DNA of 63,462 bases, filler included, from Perkinsus chesapeaki ATCC PRA-425 (Eukaryota > Protista > Perkinsozoa), in the NCBI GenBank assembly GCA_013115145.1. It is 11 parts of 11 records of this genome, joined end to end, with 100 filler letters (N's around TTAATTAATTAA, not from the genome) between each part and the next. Parts side by side here need not be neighbours in the genome. Positions count along the whole stretch, not along the records: positions 1 to 2,206 come from JAAPAO010001655.1; positions 2,307 to 30,914 come from JAAPAO010000469.1; 9 more parts are not named here. One strand, given 5' to 3'. Below the pieces are notes generated by a model that saw only the letters and a list, made by a program, of their open reading frames with translations, had not been told where the DNA came from and made no database searches. The position numbers and the translations under genes are program-made. This document shows, one piece after another, positions 1 through 9,489 of this stretch. The first letter of the stretch is position 1. Each line of letters opens with the position of its first letter.

Positions 1-1
1 G

Positions 2-679
2 TATACCCCCACCACAGAGGACTGTTTAGCACTGTTCAGGGTAGTGGATGCAACATTCAACACTACACCTGAGGGCCTTCATACTGACCAAGGAACCCAG
101 TTTGTCTCTACTGCGTTCGCAGGTGCGATGAACCAAGTTTCTTGCCAGCATGTTCGCTCCCCAGTCTTCAGTTCCTGGTGCAATGGTAAATGCGAACGTA
201 TGTTCCGCATTATAAATGAACGGATCCGTTGTCGTAAGGATCCTTCAGAGTTGTCATTCTTGACATTTAAGCAACTCGTGCGGCGAGCCACTCAGTTGTT
301 CAACACTGCAATTAGTGGTCGCACAACATATTCCCCTCACGAAATGATCTTTACTTATGAGCCTTGGATTTTTCCACGTATCCCAGCCAAATATAGGCCT
401 GGCGTTCATGAGAATACTCAAAATGACATTATTGATGAGTCTAAATTACCAACTAAAGGCGATCTATGGCTAATGCGTAAGATGCCCCGTGGGAAGAAGC
501 ACGAGCGACCATATCTTGTCGTTCGCATTCTGAACCGGCTCTCTCCGCTAATCTACCGTGTCCTGATGCCAGATTCGCGGAAGCGGATTATACATTTGAA
601 ATATCTGAAGAAAGTAGCCCCATCCGCTCTCGAGAAGTTTGATAAATCAAGTATTCCGCCATTGCCTAATAATTTTTAA
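2..679 (+). mobile_element. Ty3/Gypsy-type LTR retrotransposon integrase (5'-partial, 3' end of pol)
   Basis: rve core motifs HTDQGTQF and NGKCERMFR. C-terminal SH3/GPY-F-like tail (ERPYLVVRIL...YRVLMPD...IHLKYLKK). Frame is open from base 2. Confidence 0.9.
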
Positions 680-684
680 CTTCC

Positions 685-878
685 GAGAGGGGGGCGTGTA
701 GAGGGCGTGTAGAGAGATGGCGCGCGATCGTCGTGACGCCGCAGAAATAGATTAGCTATATTAGCTATACGGGCGCAAATGGCCCCAATCAGTCAGTGGC
801 CCCCTTTTTGATTATCTGGCCAATCCGCCAACTTGTCGAGTTAGTAACTCTCGATGGATACGAGACGCCAACACTACA
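685..878 (+). repeat. Polypurine tract plus 3' LTR of the Gypsy element
   Basis: GAGAGGGGGGCG lies directly after the integrase stop. It is followed by TGTAG (697, repeated at 708) and CTACA (874-878), which form LTR-type terminal inverted ends. Confidence 0.75.
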
Positions 879-879
879 T

Positions 880-1215
880 TTACACGGAATCGCTCTGGAA
901 GCTAACTACGACTTTCAAACTGACCTCTACCCATGGGATGACGAATCTATTTGTTATGGTTTAGCCCACGGATGAGTATACAGATTGTACCTCGCAATAG
1001 ATGTTATGAGTGGATCGTTCATCATGTCAGTGCGCCTTTCGATCGCCGAAAATGCTTTAGCAGTCTCCACTGCCAGTGGACCACTGGAGACTCTCCAGCG
1101 CCTCCGAGGTGCCGGTATTCAAAGTTTAAATACACGCGAAGAATGTTGTGTTGGTGCTGGATGGGGTGAGATCACACGGTTCACTCGTACTTTGATAATG
1201 AACAGAGGAGGCTAG
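880..1215 (+). pseudogene. Degenerate second integrase fragment
   Basis: FQTDLYPW...G*VYRLYLAIDVMSGSF resembles the N-terminal part of the rve core (first catalytic D, then the 'LxxxD.xS' strand). One in-frame TGA. Confidence 0.5.
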
Positions 1216-1224
1216 ACCGTTGCA

Positions 1225-1464
1225 CTAAAGGTTTACCGCCTTCCGACATCTTTTAGTGTATAGACTATCAGCTAGTTCGCTCTGGTTAACGAGAAATAAT
1301 TCGTAACGCACGCACGGCGAAATGATCCATTTCGAGATAACAAGCTTCGTTCGCTTCGCGCGCTCCGATGCCGTATAAATGGTCGGATCATCAATTACCA
1401 ATGCGTAGTATGCCCGAAGATGCTCATTAAGCATACTGTCGTTCTGTCCGCGCCTATGATTCAT
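1225..1464 (-). pseudogene. Possible retroelement RNase H remnant
   Basis: IYTASERA...NQSELADSLYTK resembles the RNase H TDS and N.AD.LTK motifs, but is degenerate. Confidence 0.35.
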
Positions 1465-1569
1465 GAGGCAGCCTCATAATTTATAATTCAACTCTCGCGT
1501 AAAGAGCTGGTTTTCAACTGCTTTTTGGGAACCACGAACCACTGATACGACGGGAACCCCGTTACGGGA

Positions 1570-1854
1570 TGTTGACGATTGGTTACCAATCATTGGTAAC
1601 CAATGATTCATTGGTACCCATACAAACACGCCCACTTGATGTTTCCATAAACCAAGTTTACACTCAACTCGATCACCTGAAATACGTACACAGTCAGTTC
1701 GCTCGCTCCTATTCAGATAATCGGCAATTCGACTACCGAAAGACCGACGGTCTCAGACTCAGTCTGAGACTCAGACCCTTCACCATTATCTCGTGTCCAT
1801 AAACTCAGTACACTCCCGTTCTGTACACAATTTGTGTAGCAACTTTGTGTAACA
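1570..1854 (+). repeat. LTR-like repeat (probable solo LTR), same family as 32385-32504
   Basis: TGTT...AACA termini. Shares its start (TGTTRACGATTGGT) and a ~55-bp block (ACTCAACTCG...ACGTACACAGTCAG...CGCTCCTATTCAGA) with contig 3. No TSD seen. Confidence 0.6.
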
Positions 1855-2206
1855 TAAAAAGTTCGTACACTCTCATTCCGTTCAGTGCCCAAATTCTGGT
1901 ATTCCGGTATTCCATTCCGGTGAATAAATTAGATGTATAAAAAGCTTCGGGCATAATACTGTAATACTAATATACCCTACATATTACAAGTTGTAATTTA
2001 CAACTTCTGCTATCATTGCAGTTATATAACAAGTACAGTGGCTTTGCTACTGTATAGTACCTCCTACACACTGCCGCATTCCCTGATAACCTGTCGCACT
2101 GGTAGTTATCGTCATGAATGCAGGCTAAGCCTTTGTGATGCGATGTTCACAATTGCTGTCTCCTTTCAATAGCTAACACAATTTGTCCCTTTCTAACTGT
2201 AGCTTC

Positions 2207-2306
2207 NNNNNNNNNNNNNNNNNNNNNNNNNNNNNNNNNNNNNNNNNNNNTTAATTAATTAANNNNNNNNNNNNNNNNNNNNNNNNNNNNNNNNNNNNNN
2301 NNNNNN
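2207..2306. other. Artificial contig linker (first of ten)
   Basis: 44N + TTAATTAATTAA (stops in all six frames) + 44N. The identical 100-bp structure occurs at ten positions. Confidence 0.97.
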
Positions 2307-2308
2307 AT

Positions 2309-3577
2309 GAGGCTGCTATTAATAATAAGTATAAGAAAGAAGAAGAGTACCTACCTGCAGCGGTGCAACAGCTTCGTCGTAAAGGTCTTGATGGTACGCT
2401 TAACTCTAAGTCAGTCGGTGAAAATGGCAACAATTACACGGTTAACACCTTGATGTGGGACCCGTCGGTAATTGCGTGCATACTCGTTATTGTTATGGGT
2501 TGGAACCTTACTGTTAAGGAGGCAGTTGAAGTATTCCTGGGTGGATGCAATGGCATATGTGATAGACAATGCTTCTTATGTACCCCTTGGGTGAAAGTCT
2601 TCAAAGATGGTACTCAGCTGGCTACTACTAGTGTATGTGTAGATGATAATTCGGTGAACCACTGCGACAACGAAGACCACATCTACAAATGTTTCATGCT
2701 CAGAGTGAGTAGCCAATCCTTTTTGGGTATTCTCCAAAGTATGGTGGAGGGTTCTCGTTGGACTATGGAGTTACCGTATGAGACTTGGAATACTACTGGC
2801 AGTACTATTATAGGTCCTACTGGCAAGAGGAGTAAGCCCTTGAGTGAAGGTATATATTCTATCTCACTGAAGAGCCTCTCGTGTTTGATATGTACTGATG
2901 CCACTAAAACACCGGCTAGTGATTGGCAATTATCAGATCATTGGGCTGGTGGGTATGGATCTAAAAAGACTACTCAACACTCGTATTATCTCTTTAGAGC
3001 TTTTGATGAGATTAATTATGTGGGTAGCCGATCTGACACTAAGTATTGTTATTTGGAAGGCCGCTCTCCGTTAATATCTAATAAGAATGTTACTCAATCT
3101 CCTATGTGGATCTCTACTTGGAAAAGGTGTGAAGAAGAGAATGTTACTGATACTATTCTTTGTGTAAGACTTATTAAATCTGATATATTGATAGTATTTA
3201 ATAATATATTAGAGGAAGTCTGTGGTATACCAGTGGTAGATATTAAGAACTTTAAGGTTAATTCTAAAGAGGAAGTTGAGTACGAGCCGGTTAACATTGG
3301 TACAATCAGTAACCTGGTTGGTTCTAATTCCCCTAAGGATGATGGTGCTAAATCATGGGTTAATTTATCCCCAGCTAAGTCATCATCATCTGTCGACAAA
3401 TTGATGAACCAATTTGAGGAAGTTAATGAGAAGATTGATAAATTGACCAGAATGGTTCTTAATCTCTCCCAACAACGTGACCAGCAGCAGGAAGGGTATC
3501 GTGAGAAGCCGTATCGTAAAAGCTGGCACAGCGAAGGTTGGCGAAATTACAATTCCTCGCCTAACAAAAGGTGGTGA
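2309..3577 (+). CDS. Cys-rich glycoprotein-like ORF in the env position of an LTR element (5'-partial)
   Basis: Frame open from contig start. Signal-like hydrophobic segment MWDPSVIACILVIVMG (ATG 2453), about 14 Cys, sequons NLT/NTT/NVT/NVT and a C-terminal coiled coil. PPT+LTR follows. Confidence 0.6.
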   Translation, partial: EAAINNKYKKEEEYLPAAVQQLRRKGLDGTLNSKSVGENGNNYTVNTLMWDPSVIACILVIVMGWNLTVKEAVEVFLGGCNGICDRQCFLCTPWVKVFKDGTQLATTSVCVDDNSVNHCDNEDHIYKCFMLRVSSQSFLGILQSMVEGSRWTMELPYETWNTTGSTIIGPTGKRSKPLSEGIYSISLKSLSCLICTDATKTPASDWQLSDHWAGGYGSKKTTQHSYYLFRAFDEINYVGSRSDTKYCYLEGRSPLISNKNVTQSPMWISTWKRCEEENVTDTILCVRLIKSDILIVFNNILEEVCGIPVVDIKNFKVNSKEEVEYEPVNIGTISNLVGSNSPKDDGAKSWVNLSPAKSSSSVDKLMNQFEEVNEKIDKLTRMVLNLSQQRDQQQEGYREKPYRKSWHSEGWRNYNSSPNKRW

Positions 3578-3698
3578 AAGTTTATATTGATTTTTCGTGC
3601 ATAAGTGTTTCTGTCTGTTCATTGGTATCATGAGCCCTACCATAGATGGCAGACTCGTAGATACTGCACTTATTTTATTCTACTATACTGCGTATAGC

Positions 3699-4030
3699 AG
3701 GCGGGGTGTGTTGCGAGCGCACAAAGGTATTTTTGGGCGTGCGCTTTTGATAAGCTGTGCAAGCTAGCTCTAGCATTGATCTGAGATAAGTAAATCTATA
3801 ATAAAGTTAATATATAAGTATTTTACGTGTTTCACGTATTATACGTTACGTATATCCAACTATAAGTTAGTAGCACCCCCTCTATTACAATACCCAAGGC
3901 TAGGTGGGTATTATTATTTATTGGTATTAATCACTATTATCCTTGGTTGCGTTATTCTATAAAGTGTTATGAGCAATTCCTTAAGAAGCATCGACGACAT
4001 TGAGCAAGAAGTCACTAACGGCTCCCAACA
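3699..4030 (+). repeat. PPT-like tract plus LTR (3709-4030)
   Basis: AGGCGGGGTG followed by TGTTG (3709) and CAACA (4026-4030). Internal AATAAA and TATATAA motifs. Confidence 0.6.
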
Positions 4031-4296
4031 ATCTGTCTGAACCTCAGGATCTGGAGCGAAGGCTTCGCTCAGCGAAGTTGAGCATTAATAATGCGCAAAT
4101 AATATTTATTTGCGATTGTTGAGCTCAGTCGAAGGATAAATATTATCTATCATGTTACTAATTGTAGTTACTAGTTATCTTTTAGTTAATTATGTTATTG
4201 TTATTACATTGTTGACGTTATCAATAATAATTTATTATATGATATAACTGTGTTATCGATCAGGGTTACTTATTTTGTAAGACTTATTTCCTTTGA

Positions 4297-4563
4297 ATGG
4301 GCCGACCGTGTAAGTCCGAAAATTTAATTAAACAATACTACCTGCGTTTGACACTCTCTCCTAGTCTAAAACCGAAGCAGAAGAACAAATGCAAGTGTTT
4401 AATATGTGGGTGGGAGCAAGTTGAGAATACCTCCCGCTTGCTTGAACACCTAGAGGAGGGCCATCACATTGATGTCCAACAACCTAAGCGCCTTAGCCAA
4501 GGTTCAATTCTGTCCACTCCCGATCGGCGTCCCCAATCCCAACACCTTGTGCTTTTCTTATAA
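4297..4563 (+). mobile_element. BED zinc-finger fragment (truncated hAT-like transposase N-terminus)
   Basis: YY...KCKCLICG...NTSRLLEHLEEGHHI matches the BED pattern Cx2C...Hx4H with the NTS.L motif. Confidence 0.7.
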
Positions 4564-5194
4564 AAGCATTCTAGCTTACTAGCGTAACTAGCTTGTGTTG
4601 CTCCTCTCGTTGTGTGATTTCACTCTCGTCGATACTCTTGAATATCACTTACAGACTGTAAGTTACAGTATTTGCTCGTTATCGTGTAGTCTTGGCTCGA
4701 GTTGAGGCATCACTGCTGATTTCCGTCACAAAGCTGACGGAGAGGCGTAAGAAAGAGCCTTAGTGTGTATGCGTGCAACTATGTAATCTGCATGGCTATG
4801 CGGCATAGCCTATGCCGCACAGCGCAGTCATCTACGTTGCTTGAGAATACCTTCCTGGTTCTCACCATTGACGTAAGTCTGCACATATATAGAACCCTCG
4901 CAACAACGCGGCATGTACTCATGACAACTATATGTTTTACTATTTTCAATATAACGCTGCAACCCAGTGTTATCTCGGTTGAATGCTACATAGCCTTGAG
5001 AGGACCAAACACTTGTCCCCCTGCTTGATGCTACTTGTAGCTTTATATTGGCCTTGCAGGCTAATTGCGAGTATTGCAGGATACATGCCTCGGAAGGGAA
5101 GTCAAGTTCCAATGTGAGAGTACGGGTCAGGTTGGGCATCGGGGCACGACCCGCCACGCAAATGATGGAGGTATGTTCCGGGAATACTGACTGC

Positions 5195-5540
5195 ACGCCT
5201 ATTCCCGCCGAAGGTATGCGAGGCGTATCCACGGGTTCCCCGTTGGACACTCTGACGGCGATACCTCCGAATCATGAGCCTCGAGAATAGCTATTTACTA
5301 TGTAATACATAGTATGTATATTATAACTGCAGTGAAGTGATCTGCTCAAAATGCAGAGCGAGAGTGCCGTCCTGGGCTTCGCAGTTGAGAGCTACAATGT
5401 GACAGTTCGGTCACACTAGAGTCGAGCTGCTACATAGAGGACATGTTGTAACCCTATACTTTGCAATAAAAATTTTTCATGAAACTTCGGAGTTTTTCTG
5501 TTTTTTACATCTTTTAAATCACTACCATGCTGTAATGGGT
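5195..5540 (-). pseudogene. Fragment of unknown multi-exon gene, paralog copy 1
   Basis: Roughly 75-80% identical (by eye) to 8290-8560. Synonymous substitutions and a 3-nt indel in the SVTELS..SSQLR.PG frame; DSEVS and HGSDL also conserved. Confidence 0.45.
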
Positions 5541-5705
5541 TTGAAAAGAGCCTTGCCATGCTGGGCTAGACTATAACCCAGTAAATTACTGGCAGTAATA
5601 TATACGAAACTGATGGCAAGGACTGCGTACATATTTGAAGTGGAATTATTAATAGTTCGGTCACTCAGCGCCCGAGACAACTAAAACGATTCGACTCTTT
5701 GTGTC

Positions 5706-6818
5706 ATGTGGATTCTTTTACTCGTCCTTTTCGAGATCTTGGTGGGTGTCATACCAGATCGTGTTATAAGGCAATACATTGCCATGTATTACGCTACGAA
5801 CACGAAGCCCCGAGAATACGTACTTTTTACCATCGTGCATGTGGACGACCAGCCGGTGAATATGGTTGTGGATACTGGCACTAACTTCTTCCTACTGTTA
5901 GAGCAATCGGCTTATGAGAAGCTTCTTGGCCATGGTGCATGCGAGATGGTCTTCTCTCGGTGTTATGATTGCCAGAAGTCTTGCCAGCCTATTAATCCTA
6001 AAACCATCTATTTTGCAGACGGGAGGTCAGTCAAAGCCTTCAGACGTTATGGCTCCCTAAGATATGGAGTCAACTGGTTCACAATCAGCTTTGGCCTAGA
6101 GTTCGAGTTTTCCCCATCTCCTGCGGTACGCAACCCTCCCGCGCCTTTTGGTCTCGGTCCAACTATTGACGTTAGGTTTCCGTCAGTTTTAGAACAGCTT
6201 GTAACTCAGTCGCCAAAGGCAGTAAAAGAGAATACCTTTGCCTTGTACCTCAAGCCCGGACCCTTTTCCACAAGCCATCCAGTTGGAGAGTTGCTGCTCG
6301 GTGGTGGAGATGATTCTCTCTATGAAGGACCGCTACAATTCGTTCCGATGGTGGATAGATACTACTGGAAGGTCGGACTGACCGAGGTACAGATCGATAG
6401 TGATAAAACAGTTGATGTTGCCGGTAGAGTTCACCTTGACACTGGTAGCAACTATATACTGGTTCCGCAAAACAAACTGATGGAGCTGATAACGAGTATT
6501 CAATGGGCGGTGAGCAAAGCCGCTGCAGAGGCTGTGCACTTTATGTATGATGAAGAGTTGAGCCTGTTTCAAGTGAACTGTGATTATCGAAGATATATGC
6601 CAACTCTTCGCTTTATGTTGTCCACCCCGAACGGGAACGTTCCGCTTAACATCACCCACGAGGGCTACGTTCCTGTAAGAGAGAATCTCTGTTATTTGAT
6701 GGTGAAAAGCGGAGTGTTGACTTTACCAAATTTTATGCTGGTACGCAATTATTTAGAGTTCCAACTTGACCAGAAGAGGATCGGTATCGCGAAGCTCAAG
6801 CTGGCCGACAATTCATAA
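5706..6818 (+). CDS. Secreted pepsin-family (A1) aspartyl protease, intronless
   Basis: Signal peptide MWILLLVLFEILVG, two catalytic motifs VVDTGT and HLDTGS, LLLGG motif and terminal RIGIA. Confidence 0.92.
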   Translation: MWILLLVLFEILVGVIPDRVIRQYIAMYYATNTKPREYVLFTIVHVDDQPVNMVVDTGTNFFLLLEQSAYEKLLGHGACEMVFSRCYDCQKSCQPINPKTIYFADGRSVKAFRRYGSLRYGVNWFTISFGLEFEFSPSPAVRNPPAPFGLGPTIDVRFPSVLEQLVTQSPKAVKENTFALYLKPGPFSTSHPVGELLLGGGDDSLYEGPLQFVPMVDRYYWKVGLTEVQIDSDKTVDVAGRVHLDTGSNYILVPQNKLMELITSIQWAVSKAAAEAVHFMYDEELSLFQVNCDYRRYMPTLRFMLSTPNGNVPLNITHEGYVPVRENLCYLMVKSGVLTLPNFMLVRNYLEFQLDQKRIGIAKLKLADNS

Positions 6819-8289
6819 CAGTTTCTCAGCTAGCTTGTTCGCGAGCCTCTGCCTGGCAGACTCTGCGGTGGTGTATCCCCCTTTGTTTCTGGGATACTGG
6901 GCTCTATATGGTCCACATATTCTCTTCAACTTGTTTGTTGGGGGACATTCTTTGAGAAAATGCTAAGTACGGAGATACGATGGTGCCTCCGCAGTATTCA
7001 GCCAAGGCACAATAGCTGTCTCTCCATATCGATAGTGGTCATAAAGACCCTCCTTGCCTCTCTCTGTTATACTCTGTCGAGTTTTTATAGTGGACAAATA
7101 GATATTTCACAATACGTAGACGAAAGCCGCTTTGGTTACAGTACGCGTCATCTAGAACGCGCGCTTCTTGACAACTCGGTCATTCACTAAGTACAACGAG
7201 ATTTCGATTAATTCCTTCACTGTATACCTTAGAAATGCCCCTAGTTATGTAATCCAAGTTGCCGAGTCCAAACTCTCGAAATACTTGTTATGCATATTTT
7301 CGACCCTCTGCGCGCATTTTCATGCACCGTGCGCGGTCCATTAACCAGCAGGAATGACAGAAAACACAAGACAGGTGATGAGGAAGAAACGGGAGTACAC
7401 CTAGAGGAAAGTGACGGGAGTACACAAGTGGCGCTTATCGCGTAGGCCTTATTCTCATACTTGCCCGTATCGAGCTTGCGTAATGCTCACCGCTAGCTCA
7501 GGCACTGCTGACCGCCTGGTACTCTTTTCCTTTCCTCGCTTTGTTAGTCTCTTGCACCATTACTTCGCCTCTTCGGAGGTTGCTCACCCGCACCGCTACA
7601 CTTAACACTGCTGTCGCCAGGGGCATTGTGAATATCTCCATAGACGCGGCCGTAGCTCATCGATTATCATGCGTGCATGATGCGTGTGAGCGATCATGTG
7701 CAGCGCTCGCTAACGTGATGATTACTACCTTAGGCATTTGTCAATCATTTGCCAAATGATTCGCGGAGAGGAGCTTGAGACTCGAGAGCAGTAAACAACC
7801 TTACTGAGTTCAGTGGGGCGCTTGATTGAGGTACAAGCACCGTTGCAAGACTGAATCCTAAAGATGAAGCTTGTGGTCTCGCACCTTGGGAGCCGTTGTG
7901 TTTTGCCGTACACCGACCCTTGCCGAAGGTCCCTAGGTTGCGTGGATGAGTTCTGTTAGGGGGATTGTCAGTGATCCATCGGCCCTCGCAATTCGTCATT
8001 TGTAAGCAGCGGTTCTGGCGGATACATAATGTATCATACACTAAGAAGATTAGGAGGAGTAGGATCTCTTGATACTAGTTACATTCGTATTCGGTGAACC
8101 ATACAGTGACTATAACAGTATAGGTATTAAACTCTCGCTCGGAAGCTGCACATAGAATGGATAGTCTAACTAAGCCAATTTTGCCCTTGGACTATAAACT
8201 CACTCACACTAAGAAGATTAAAGTATTCAAATTAATATTCAAAAGTAAGGACCTTATTGTAAGGTTTGGCACTACTCGAAGCCTTATGC

Positions 8290-8560
8290 TCGCTCTGCAA
8301 GCTGGACTTATCCAAGCGACACCTCTGAGTCGGGAGCCGTGAGCCTGACCAAAGAGTCTGTAGATCATAACTGCGGTCTACATCAGACTACTCAGAAAAC
8401 ATTCAGGGCCAGAGTACCACCCTGGGTTCCGCAGTTGGGAGCTAAAACGTTCTGACAGTTCTGTCACACTAGAGTGGAGCTATCACATAGAAGTCATGTT
8501 GCAGCCCTATACTCTTCCCGCTTATTACATCTACCAAGTCACTACCATGCTAATACTATA
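8290..8560 (-). pseudogene. Fragment of unknown multi-exon gene, paralog copy 2
   Basis: Homologous to 5195-5540; same conserved peptides. Confidence 0.45.
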
Positions 8561-8827
8561 ATAACCCGAACTAGGGCATGATAGTGGCCGCTTGTGAGCT
8601 GCTGAGAGGTTGCGGGTAGCTATTGGGAATAGTGTAATCCTCTACGTTCGCCTCGGGTTTCAGCAGGCGGGGTGTTTAATAAGTAAATTGTAAGCGCGCC
8701 GCGCAGAACCCGAGTGTACAATGCGTCACACAGAGCCCATTTGTGCCACCCGCTTCCCCGTCCAAGAAGCAGCCAGGATGATATATAGTCATCCGCGCCG
8801 AGGCAGTCTTCCATCTTCCTCCGTGCT

Positions 8828-9226
8828 TCACGATACCATGCGTGGCATGCATTGCGTGCCAGGGGTAGTTATGACAGGATTCCTGTCACAGGAAGTATGA
8901 TTGGGATCCCGGGCCTGCGCCGTAATCGTTGTATTGTCGACTGGTCGATAAGGTTTCCTTTCGTTTGCATTAGTGATGTTTGCCATACTTAATCTGATCG
9001 TTAGGCGTCCTAGAGGTGGTCCCTGTGAATCTTTTCCGAAATGTCCTCTATTCCAGTATTGCACGTCAAATGGACAATACCAGCCTAAGAGCGATCCTAC
9101 TGCAGCTACTTTTCTGTACTTGGGTCTTAGAAGCACTGCATAATGAGACACAGCCTTTTGACGAGTAAGAGTGCCCGTAGTTAAGCTGGCAGTCAAGGTG
9201 ACTGAGTCACCTGCTGGCTTAAACAT
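8828..9226 (-). CDS. Hypothetical ORF, possibly an upstream exon of the copy-2 gene
   Basis: 132-codon open frame with no recognisable motif. Confidence 0.25.
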   Translation of the reverse strand: MFKPAGDSVTLTASLTTGTLTRQKAVSHYAVLLRPKYRKVAAVGSLLGWYCPFDVQYWNRGHFGKDSQGPPLGRLTIRLSMANITNANERKPYRPVDNTTITAQARDPNHTSCDRNPVITTPGTQCMPRMVS

Positions 9227-9489
9227 GCAGTCTCTGTTCGCTTAGATATTCTCCACTGAAGAATCTTCAGGTACCCACGTCACTTAAAAGTTTCCCGTTG
9301 GCTCAAGAAGAGTTTCCGCTCTTTCGTGGACCACTCGAAAGTTAAGTTAGACCATAGCTGCTAGGCCATCGAGACTTCATCTGATACTTACAAGAACGCC
9401 TATTGATTCGTATATCAATCTGCTACATATACGATAGCACATACACCATCTCAGTGATTATTCATTGTTTGATCTTCCGCAGAATGGTA

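Noticed and set aside
1-4030. Integrase (contig 1) plus env-like ORF (contig 2) as one retrovirus
   Set aside because: They are separated by a linker, and their LTRs (697-878 and 3709-4030) are unrelated.
5399-5422. Hairpin plus CTAG as a Helitron 3' end (also at ~8454-8474)
   Set aside because: Homology between the two copies continues past CTAG, no T follows, and the substitution pattern indicates minus-strand coding sequence.
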